Positions 17,322 to 24,415 of a DNA stretch of 40,520 bases are shown piece by piece. The stretch is from assembly GCA_030651175.1 (NCBI GenBank), contig JAUSCR010000116.1, positions 1-40,520 of the forward strand, read 5' to 3'. Below the pieces are notes generated by a model that made no database searches, was not told the DNA's origin, and saw nothing but the letters and a program-made list of their open reading frames with translations. The position numbers and the translations under genes were made by a program. The first letter of the stretch is position 1. Each line of letters begins with the position of its first letter. Origin of the DNA: Dehalococcoidia bacterium (GTDB lineage: Bacteria > Chloroflexota > Dehalococcoidia > Lucifugimonadales > SHYF01).

Positions 17322-18587
17322 ATGTATGACATTCATGTAATTACCATCTCTGGAGGGAAAGGTGGAAATGGAAGCGTTGGCTTCCGTAGGGAGAAATATA
17401 TACCAAGAGGTGGTCCTGATGGAGGCGATGGTGGGAAAGGCGGCGATGTCCTTTTCATTGGGACTAGTTCAGTCAATGACTTATCTCATCTAGTTAGTGT
17501 CCCAAAGGCAGAGGGTGAAAATGCAGAGGGAGGATCTGGGAGGAAACGCAGTGGCCGGGATGGACAGGCGCGAAGCATACGTGTACCACTGGGGACAGTA
17601 ATCTGGGAAAGGAATGATTCCGGAACAACATGGTTAGGCGAAATTGTTAGCGAGGGAGACATTGTTGTAGCTGCACGTGGAGGGCACGGAGGCAGCGGCA
17701 ATAAACGGTTTGCCACACCCACAAACAGGACACCTTGGTTAGCTGAGGAGGGACTTCCTGGTGAGTTGAAGGAGGTTGTCTTAGAGCTGCGCATGAAAAT
17801 AGACGTTGGCATGATTGGAATGCCCAATGCGGGTAAGTCTCAGCTTCTTCAGAAGATCTCCATGGCGCGGCCGGAAGTTGCCAACTATCCTTTCACAACA
17901 ACTGAGCCTGCACCTGGCGTGGTAACGCACGGATGGAAAGAGTTTATCATCGCCGAACTACCCGGTATATTGCCGGAAGCAAATAAGAGCACCAGCCTGG
18001 GCCGCAGCTTTCTGCGGCACCTCTGGCGTGCCAGGGTAGTAGTCCATCTCCTTGACGGCTCTGTGGAAGAACCAACGGCAACGATTACCGGGGTTAACAC
18101 AGAGGTGGCTGCATTTGAGGCATCCTTTCTGCAAAAGCCGCAGGTCATTGTTGTGAACAAAATAGACCTACCAGAGGTTCGGAAGCGTATTCCAGTGCTC
18201 CGGCGCCAACTGGCTCACTATGGTGTAGCCAGACACTTCATCTCGGCGCAGACGGGAGAAGGGGTGGATGAGCTGGTGGAGTACCTTACCAAGCTGCTTG
18301 AGGAGACGCCGCCCGTGCCAAGTCCACTTCCTCCGCCTGTGGTGGTCCCTGTGCTTCACCAGGCTCGCCCAGCCGAGCCGCAGGTAGTCAGAGATGGGCA
18401 AGTGTTTGTGGTATTATCCCCCCAAGCCGAACGAATTGTCAGGCTTCCAGACCTAAGACGTTTCCAGGCAAGGCTACAGCTCCGCAGACAGCTGGCGCGA
18501 ATGGGAGTGACAGGAGCGCTAGAGAAAGCCGGGGTGCAGCCAGGAGACACGGTTAGGATAGGGGTGGTGGAGATGAAGTGGGAATGA
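17322..18587 (+). CDS. obgE: GTPase ObgE/CgtA
   Basis: Gly-rich Obg fold (FRREKYIPRGGPDGGDGGKGG), GMPNAGKS, YPFTT, NKID, C-terminal GVQPGDTVRIG. Confidence 0.93.
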   Translation: MYDIHVITISGGKGGNGSVGFRREKYIPRGGPDGGDGGKGGDVLFIGTSSVNDLSHLVSVPKAEGENAEGGSGRKRSGRDGQARSIRVPLGTVIWERNDSGTTWLGEIVSEGDIVVAARGGHGGSGNKRFATPTNRTPWLAEEGLPGELKEVVLELRMKIDVGMIGMPNAGKSQLLQKISMARPEVANYPFTTTEPAPGVVTHGWKEFIIAELPGILPEANKSTSLGRSFLRHLWRARVVVHLLDGSVEEPTATITGVNTEVAAFEASFLQKPQVIVVNKIDLPEVRKRIPVLRRQLAHYGVARHFISAQTGEGVDELVEYLTKLLEETPPVPSPLPPPVVVPVLHQARPAEPQVVRDGQVFVVLSPQAERIVRLPDLRRFQARLQLRRQLARMGVTGALEKAGVQPGDTVRIGVVEMKWE

Positions 18588-18588
18588 T

Positions 18589-19215
18589 ATGCGAGTAGGC
18601 GTTCTGGGCGGCACATTCGACCCCATACATATCGCCCACCTTATCCTGGCGGAGGAGGCGAGGGTATGCCTGGCCCTGGAGGAGGTGGTGTTTGTTGTCG
18701 CCGGAGCGCCGTGGATGAAGGCCGACTACGCCGTCTCTCCAGCAGACCTACGCCTCCAGATGGTACGCCTGGCAGTGGCATCCAACCCCTTCTTCAGAGC
18801 CTCGGCAGTAGAGGTAGATCGGCGTGGGCCAACCTACACCGTTGATACGCTGGAAACCCTCCGGCAGGAGTGGGGCTCCGAAGCGGACGTCTTCTTCCTT
18901 CTGGGCACGGATGTCCTGGTGGACCTGCCCCGGTGGAAAGACCCAGGGCGCTTTCTGCAACTTTGTACGCCGGTAGCCTTTGCCCGGCCAGGGCTTGGTA
19001 TGTCTGTCCTGGACGAGGTGGAGGTTCAGTTGCCGGGCCTGAAGAAAAGGGTAAAGGTGCTGGAAGGCCCGTCCCTGGGAGTCAGCAGCACGGATATACG
19101 CCGCCGCATTGCCCTGGGCAAGAGCGTCCGTTACTTGGTTCCGGCGACGGTGGAACGGTTCATAGCGGAGCACGGCCTGTACCGTAGCCAAGGGAACAAA
19201 CAGGAGCAGGTCTAG
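18589..19215 (+). CDS. nadD: Nicotinate-nucleotide adenylyltransferase
   Basis: GGTFDPIHIAHL, TYTVDTL, VSSTDIR, HGLY motifs. Confidence 0.96.
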   Translation: MRVGVLGGTFDPIHIAHLILAEEARVCLALEEVVFVVAGAPWMKADYAVSPADLRLQMVRLAVASNPFFRASAVEVDRRGPTYTVDTLETLRQEWGSEADVFFLLGTDVLVDLPRWKDPGRFLQLCTPVAFARPGLGMSVLDEVEVQLPGLKKRVKVLEGPSLGVSSTDIRRRIALGKSVRYLVPATVERFIAEHGLYRSQGNKQEQV

Positions 19216-19247
19216 TGGGGTGCCGCAGAGAGTCGGCACATCTTTCT

Positions 19248-19353
19248 GGGGGATTGCTAAGGGGGCACGCCCCCTTAGCTGAGGGTCTGGGGGACACCCC
19301 CAGATTTCCTCTTTTCCCCCTCTCCTGCAGGAGAGGGGGCCAGGGGGTGAGGT
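19248..19353 (+). repeat. Composite multi-hairpin REP/MITE-like repeat, copy 1
   Basis: GCTAAGGGGG-CACG-CCCCCTTAGC, TCTGGGGG-ACA-CCCCCAGA, CCCCCTCTCCTGCAGGAGAGGGGG..AGGGGGTGAGGT. Confidence 0.8.
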
Positions 19354-19451
19354 GTCTAACCCCAAAGGGCAGTACTCTCCCATGCAAGGAGCATCCATTT
19401 TGTAGAGGACTGTAGAGGACTAAGGTGTCAGGACACTAGGGAGAACTCAGC

Positions 19452-20123
19452 GTGACATCTTCAAAACAAATGCAGCAGAATACCAACACCGCCCGTGAAG
19501 TGGCGGGCATCCTCCTGGCCCAGGGAGCCGTGAGCATCAACGCAGCCCAGCCCTTCGTGTACGCATCAGGGGCCACCGGCCCCATCTACTGCGACCTGCG
19601 GCTCCTTATGGCATACCCAAAGCTGCGGGAGCGAATCACGGAGCTGCTGGTAGCGCGCATCCGGGAGAGCTGCCGGATGGAGGCGCTGGACGTTGTAGCT
19701 GGGGTTGCCACGGCGGGCATCCCTTGGGCGGCCTGGGTAGCCGACAAGTTGACCAAGCCCTTGGCCTACGTGCGGGACGCGCCCAAAGGCCACGGAAAAG
19801 GCCAGCAGGTGGAAGGGGGAGTCGTGTCCGGCCAGGGGGCCATAGTGGTGGAGGACCTGACAAACCTCGGTGGCAGCGCCCTTGCGGCGGCGGCAGCCCT
19901 GCGGGACGTGGGGGCCAGAGCGGACCACTGCTTCAGCATCCTCACGTATGAGTTTCCCCAGGCGGGAGAGGCATTCCGCGCGGCGGGAGTAGAACTGCAC
20001 TCCCTGTGTGGCCTTTCCACCCTGCTGGGGGTGGCTACTGCCAGCGGTCAGATAGATTCCGAGGCGGAGCAGGCAGTGCGGGCATGGTGGAGGAAAGGGT
20101 CCGTGGTGGCAAAGCGCGAATAG
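19452..20123 (+). CDS. pyrE: Orotate phosphoribosyltransferase
   Basis: ASGATGPIYCDLR, GVATAGIP, YVR..PKGHG, VVEDL PRPP loop. Confidence 0.93.
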   Translation: MTSSKQMQQNTNTAREVAGILLAQGAVSINAAQPFVYASGATGPIYCDLRLLMAYPKLRERITELLVARIRESCRMEALDVVAGVATAGIPWAAWVADKLTKPLAYVRDAPKGHGKGQQVEGGVVSGQGAIVVEDLTNLGGSALAAAAALRDVGARADHCFSILTYEFPQAGEAFRAAGVELHSLCGLSTLLGVATASGQIDSEAEQAVRAWWRKGSVVAKRE

Positions 20124-20194
20124 CCGTTGCCCCAAGCCAGTCCAAAACGTCTGGCCTGGTGCTAATGCTTGCAAAGACCACGGCGCCCGGCTCT

Positions 20195-20299
20195 GGGGAG
20201 TCCAGGGGGGCGAAGCCCCCTTGGCGGGGGAACTGGGGGTGTCCCCCAGAGGTTTCTCAATCCCCCTTCCTGAAGGAAGGGGGACAAAGGGGGATGGTT
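20195..20299 (+). repeat. Composite multi-hairpin REP/MITE-like repeat, copy 2
   Basis: GGGGAGTCCAGGGGGGCGAAGCCCCCTTGG, CTGGGGGTGTCCCCCAG, CCCCCTTCCTGAAGGAAGGGGG..AGGGGGATGGT. Confidence 0.82.
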
Positions 20300-20357
20300 C
20301 GTTGCTCATGATGCTATACTTCCAATGTTCGCCATCCAGCCATTCGAGGAGGAACCA

Positions 20358-21008
20358 ATGATTGGGCTGATAGGTGGAACGGGACCCGAAGGCCGCGGCC
20401 TAGCGCTGCGCTTTGCCCTGGCGGGGGAGAAGGTGTTCATAGGCTCCCGCAGCCAGGAGCGCGGCCAGCAGATAGCCCAGGAGCTTGGCCAGCTTGCTCC
20501 TTCCGTCGCCCGCTCCATAAGCGGCGGCGCCAACGAGGATGCCTCTTCCCTGGGTGACTTAGTGCTCATCACCACACCCTACGAAGGGCAGAAGGAGACT
20601 CTGGAGGCCCTGCGGCCAAGGCTGACAGGCAAGATAGTGGTCAGCGTGATAGCTCCTATGGCCTTCGAAAGGGGGCGTGCCCGGGCAATCGAAGTGCCAG
20701 AGGGGTCGGCGGCATTGCAGGCCAAGTCGCTTCTGCCAGAGGCGACGGTCGTCGGAGCCTTCCAGAACATGTCCGCCGAAGACCTCCTGGTGCCGGACAA
20801 GTCTGTGGACTGCGATGTCATCGTCTGCGCCGATAGCGCGGAGGCAAGGCAGGCAGTCATGGCGCTGGCCGAGAAGATCAAGGGCGTTAGAGCTGTGAAT
20901 GGGGGCGGGTTGGCCAACGCCCGCTACGTCGAGGAGTTGACAGTATTGCTTGTAAGCATCAACCGTAACTACAAGATCCATTCATCCATCCGCATCACGG
21001 GACTGTAG
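20358..21008 (+). CDS. npdG: NADPH-dependent F420 reductase
   Basis: GGTGPEGRGLALRFA, IGSRSQERG, EGSAA, GAFQNMSA, IN..YK motifs. GAGGAGG RBS and TGcTATACT promoter at 20312-20320. Confidence 0.93.
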   Translation: MIGLIGGTGPEGRGLALRFALAGEKVFIGSRSQERGQQIAQELGQLAPSVARSISGGANEDASSLGDLVLITTPYEGQKETLEALRPRLTGKIVVSVIAPMAFERGRARAIEVPEGSAALQAKSLLPEATVVGAFQNMSAEDLLVPDKSVDCDVIVCADSAEARQAVMALAEKIKGVRAVNGGGLANARYVEELTVLLVSINRNYKIHSSIRITGL

Positions 21009-21034
21009 GGACGAGGCATGCCTCGTCCCTACAG
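21003..21034. repeat. Perfect 32-bp GTAG-type REP palindrome CTGTAGGGACGAGGCATGCCTCGTCCCTACAG
   Basis: Identical to its reverse complement; contains the npdG stop codon. Confidence 0.85.
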
Positions 21035-21043
21035 AGGGCTAGC

Positions 21044-21988
21044 TTGTTCAAAGCAAAGGTATCCAGCGCCAGGAAGCCTTACGACCGCACAGCCGCCAAG
21101 CGTGCGGTGCGCATTAGCCTGGGCATCTCGGCCGTTTTCTTTCTCATCGAGGCCATTGGCGGGTGGCTGACCAACAGCCTGGCCTTGCTGGCCGATGCGG
21201 GGCACGTGCTGACCGATGTGGGGGCCCTGGGCATGACATTGCTGGCCTTCTGGTTCGCGGCTCGGCCTGTTAGCCCGGCCCGTACCTACGGCTACTTCCG
21301 GGCGGAGGTTCTGGCCGCTCTGGCCAACGGCCTCAGTGTGTGGCTGGTGGCGGCGTTCATACTGCTCCAGGCGTACCGCCGCCTCATGGACCCACCGGAG
21401 GTCCTTAGTGGCCCCATGGTCGTCATTGCTTTCCTGGGGTTGCTGGCCAACTTGGCCGCAGCCCTGGTGCTGTACGGCTCATCCAAGGAAAGCCTCAACG
21501 TCCGCGCTGCCTTTGTCAATGTGGCCACCGACGCCGTGCAGTCCGTGGGTGTGATCATCGCGGGGTTCCTAATGCTTTTCTTCGGGTGGTACATCACAGA
21601 CCCCGTCGTCAGCGTGATCATCGCCGTGCTAATCACCTATTCGGGGGGCAGGATAGTGCTCCAGGCAACGCACGTTTTGCTGGAGGGGACGCCTGCCGGC
21701 ATAGACGTGGTGGGTCTTCAGGATGCCCTGCGGCAGGCACCGGGGGTGCGCGCCGTTCACGATCTACATACCTGGAGCATCACATCCGGCTACAACGCCA
21801 TGAGCGCCCACGTTACCTTGAAGGACGAAGTCAGCCACGAAGAGGAACAGGGGGTCCTGAGCCATCTACGAGAGGTGGCAACAACCCAGTACGGCATAGG
21901 CCATGTAACCATTCAGCTTGAAAGCGGCTCCATGGCTGGCGAAGAGGACCATGAACCTGCGACTGGCCGTGCCAAAGATAGCCGGTAG
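21044..21988 (+). CDS. Cation diffusion facilitator (CzcD/ZitB-like)
   Basis: SLALLADAGHVLTD, TYGYFRAEVL, VHDLHTWSITSG, HVTIQLE motifs. Confidence 0.94.
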   Translation: MFKAKVSSARKPYDRTAAKRAVRISLGISAVFFLIEAIGGWLTNSLALLADAGHVLTDVGALGMTLLAFWFAARPVSPARTYGYFRAEVLAALANGLSVWLVAAFILLQAYRRLMDPPEVLSGPMVVIAFLGLLANLAAALVLYGSSKESLNVRAAFVNVATDAVQSVGVIIAGFLMLFFGWYITDPVVSVIIAVLITYSGGRIVLQATHVLLEGTPAGIDVVGLQDALRQAPGVRAVHDLHTWSITSGYNAMSAHVTLKDEVSHEEEQGVLSHLREVATTQYGIGHVTIQLESGSMAGEEDHEPATGRAKDSR

Positions 21989-22009
21989 CCTGCTTTGGAG
22001 CTTCCCCGA

Positions 22010-22702
22010 ATGACCGACAAAGCGAACACGCCTCGCGTTACGGGCCTCTTCGTTGTCTTGGCGGCCCTGTTTGTTACCATGCTCATCGCCTCCAACGTCA
22101 TCGCCGTCAAGCTCATCCAGGTGTGGGGCCATCCCTTGTTCGCGGCCATCGTCGTGTTTCCCATCACCTACATCCTGGGCGACATCCTGACGGAGGTGTA
22201 CGGCTTTCGCTTTGCCCGCCGGGTCATCTGGCTAGGGTTCCTTTGCAATAGCTTGGCGGTGTTGGGCTTCTGGCTTGGGGGACTCCTTCCGCCGGCGGTT
22301 TTTTGGCAGGGCCAGGAGGCCTATCAGACGATTCTGGGATCCACTCCCCGCATCCTGGCTGCCTCCTTGGCCGCCTACCTGGTGGGCGAGTTCACCAACT
22401 CTTTGGTCCTCTCCCGCATGAAGGTTGCCACGCGGGGGCGATGGCTCTGGACACGCACCATCGGCTCCACCGTTGTGGGCGAAGGCGTGGACTCCCTGGT
22501 CTTCGCCACGGGAGCACTGGCAGGCACTCTACCTGGTAGCGTCTTGCTGGATGTGTTGCTGACCCAGTGGATTGCCAAGGTGCTGTACGAGACGGCGGCG
22601 ACTCCCTTCACATACGCTGTTGTAGCCTGGGTGAAGCGCCACGAGGGCATTGACACCTATGACCGGCAGGTCTCCCTGAACCCCCTGGCATTTCTAAGGT
22701 AG
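22010..22702 (+). CDS. yhhQ: Queuosine precursor transporter (YhhQ/VUT family)
   Basis: ASNVIAVK, FPITYILGDILTEVYG, RILAASLAAYLVGEF, WTRTIGST...DS motifs. Confidence 0.92.
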   Translation: MTDKANTPRVTGLFVVLAALFVTMLIASNVIAVKLIQVWGHPLFAAIVVFPITYILGDILTEVYGFRFARRVIWLGFLCNSLAVLGFWLGGLLPPAVFWQGQEAYQTILGSTPRILAASLAAYLVGEFTNSLVLSRMKVATRGRWLWTRTIGSTVVGEGVDSLVFATGALAGTLPGSVLLDVLLTQWIAKVLYETAATPFTYAVVAWVKRHEGIDTYDRQVSLNPLAFLR

Positions 22703-22755
22703 GCAGGCTGCTGAAAATGGGGGAGTCCAGAGGGGGCGGAAGCCCCCTTGGCAGG
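22703..22755 (+). repeat. Composite repeat, partial copy 3 (left end and first hairpin only)
   Basis: GCAGGCTGCTGAAAATGGGGGAGTCCAGAGGGGGCGGAAGCCCCCTTGG matches the start of the 29672 copy. Confidence 0.75.
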
Positions 22756-22797
22756 CCGCAGTTACCTGAGGACAACCCCTGCGCCCTTACTGGCTAG

Positions 22798-23010
22798 CTA
22801 GCCCTTGATGTATTGATTTAGGGTTTTCTTCCAGTACCTTCGGACTTTGGTTCCATCTTTCCAAGTAAAAGTGGTGTCGTCGCAGTGGTTGATTAGTTGA
22901 GAAAAGTCCTGGATAATCTGGATAATATCCCTTCGCGTAGAATTGGCCTGTTGAACTGCATCCATCCTTGTGTGCTCTGCGTTTGCTATTGCATACCAAT
23001 GATGTGGCAT
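22798..23010 (-). CDS. Small hypothetical protein (70 aa), AT-rich
   Basis: Strong AAGGAG RBS before ATG 23010; MPHHWYAIANAEH...YWKKTLNQYIKG; no recognised family. Confidence 0.6.
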   Translation of the reverse strand: MPHHWYAIANAEHTRMDAVQQANSTRRDIIQIIQDFSQLINHCDDTTFTWKDGTKVRRYWKKTLNQYIKG

Positions 23011-23127
23011 TGAATTACTCCTTTCCGTGAGATTCCTCACCCCATAAAGCTTACGATTATGCTTGGCGAGCTTCCAAGACTGCGCTGGACCCAATTTGCC
23101 TCGGAGCGTTGGTTCAAGAGTCAGGAA

Positions 23128-23230
23128 GGTGCAGGGAACCTTGGTTCCCGCTGGGGGTCTGGGGGTATCCCCCAGATTTCTTTCTTCCCCCTTCCTGGCC
23201 AGGAAGGGGGTCGGGGGGATGGTCGAAGAA
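23128..23230 (+). repeat. Composite multi-hairpin repeat, copy 4
   Basis: GGGGGTCTGGGGGTATCCCCCAGA...CCCCCTTCCTGGCCAGGAAGGGGG...GGGGGATGGTCGAAG is nearly identical to 29722-29798. Confidence 0.85.
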
Positions 23231-23246
23231 GTGCTTTAGGAACCCC

Positions 23247-23462
23247 CTACCCCTTCCGCGCCGTCTCCACTATGGGCTGCGCTATTATCCACAAGCTCAC
23301 CATGGTGTACCCCACCATCAGCGCCAGCATGGGGTACTGGCTCCGCAAGGCGGCCTTCCTGTCCTCCAGCGTTCTCATGGCCACCACGTGGGCCACGTAC
23401 ACCGCAATTATGTGGCCGGTCACAATGGCGGCCACCGCCGTGAACCAGGCGATGCGGGCGCA
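23247..23462 (-). pseudogene. 3' remnant of a membrane-protein gene
   Basis: Host-like GC-rich codons encode ARIAWFTAVAAIVTGHIIAVYVAH...RSQYPMLALMVGYTMVSLWIIAQPIV. The frame is cut by AT-richer DNA at about 23465, with an in-frame stop at 23490-23492. Confidence 0.7.
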
Positions 23463-23481
23463 AATGAGACGGGACCTATGA

Positions 23482-23871
23482 CTATGCTTTCAACTCTTCT
23501 ACCGCGACTATATATCGTATAAATTGGAGATATTTCTCCACCTCAGCAAACTCACTCTCGCTGACCAAAAGTGTGTAAGGTTCATGCACCGGCAAAGCTT
23601 TAATACTCGGTAAAGGCGCGAGATATCGCGTGAGGGCAGCGGGAAGTAGTAGGTAATCGGGGTGAGTGTCAAGTGCCTTAGCTAACTTGAGCAGTACTCC
23701 TGGACGTGTTGGTGTCAGCGTTCCGCACTCAATCTTAGAAAGGGTCTTATAAGGTACTCCCGCTTCTTTGGCTAGGCGCGTGACTGTCCAATCCCTTCCC
23801 AGTCTGAGCTGCTCGAGCTTCTTGCCAAGTTCGGTTTGCCTAGGTTTAGTTCGCCGCCCTCTTTTTGCCAT
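23482..23871 (-). CDS. XRE/Cro-C1 HTH transcriptional regulator, probably leaderless
   Basis: LGKKLEQLRLGRDWTVTRLAKEAGVPYKTLSKIECG...LLKLAKALDT. Confidence 0.9.
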   Translation of the reverse strand: MAKRGRRTKPRQTELGKKLEQLRLGRDWTVTRLAKEAGVPYKTLSKIECGTLTPTRPGVLLKLAKALDTHPDYLLLPAALTRYLAPLPSIKALPVHEPYTLLVSESEFAEVEKYLQFIRYIVAVEELKA

Positions 23872-23935
23872 CGCTCAATAATAAAGCGATGGAGTCTTGA
23901 CAGTCAACAATATATCTCATACACTGGCGATATAT
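23868..23935. promoter_or_regulatory. Back-to-back sigma70 promoters with two operator-like inverted repeats
   Basis: Plus strand: TTGACA (23897-23902), 17 nt, TACACT (23920-23925). Minus strand: TTGACT (23907-23902), 18 nt, TATTAT (23883-23878). Inverted repeats CCATCGCT/AGCGATGG and ATATATC/GATATAT bracket the two -10 boxes. Confidence 0.75.
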
Positions 23936-23983
23936 GAAGCCTCTTGCACATCCGAGTGAATGCAGTTAGGATGGAGGCTCTCA

Positions 23984-24406
23984 ATGGCTATATCAGGTGG
24001 GAAAATGAGTATGTCTGGCGATTATTGGGACTATGTCAATGCACTGTCGTATGCCTTGGCAAAGGGAACGCCTAAAACACCACAACGTTTCACTGGCGAT
24101 CCGATGCAATGGCATCAAGCCATGTATGAGCTGCTACCACGATACAAAGATCGCCTTCCGGTTTTCCGCCACATTGTTTTTGATACTACCCCAGGCAGGC
24201 AGCCATTCAGCGCTGAGGTGGATCATTTCCTACACGTCCTTGCCCAATCGAGGTTACTGAGCGCTCTTAATACGGCATATGCGGTATTTGAATTTAGCGA
24301 TAAGCAAAAAGAGACGATAATCCGCCTGAACGAGAAGCGAGTAAAGCAATACGAAGGCGTTTTGGAGGAGTTAGGAAGGGAGTTGGCTGCGAAGGTTCTG
24401 GTATAA
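23984..24406 (+). CDS. Hypothetical protein, possibly winged-helix (YwgA/Panacea-like)
   Basis: GGAGG RBS before ATG 23984. The segment PFSAEVDHFLHVLAQSRLL resembles the GPYSxEL..L..L...GL motif (weak, by eye). Confidence 0.7.
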   Translation: MAISGGKMSMSGDYWDYVNALSYALAKGTPKTPQRFTGDPMQWHQAMYELLPRYKDRLPVFRHIVFDTTPGRQPFSAEVDHFLHVLAQSRLLSALNTAYAVFEFSDKQKETIIRLNEKRVKQYEGVLEELGRELAAKVLV

Positions 24407-24415
24407 GGCGAGGCC

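Noticed and set aside
19215-19415. Short ORFs over the G/C-rich repeats (also 23059-23522 and 29717-29905)
   Set aside because: They are translations of the composite repeat, not credible proteins.
19401-19420. Tandem 10-bp duplication TGTAGAGGAC
   Set aside because: Only two copies; may be a repeat-insertion scar but cannot be interpreted further.
23285-23293. Perfect DnaA box TTATCCACA
   Set aside because: Single copy inside a coding remnant about 6 kb from dnaA; consistent with chance.
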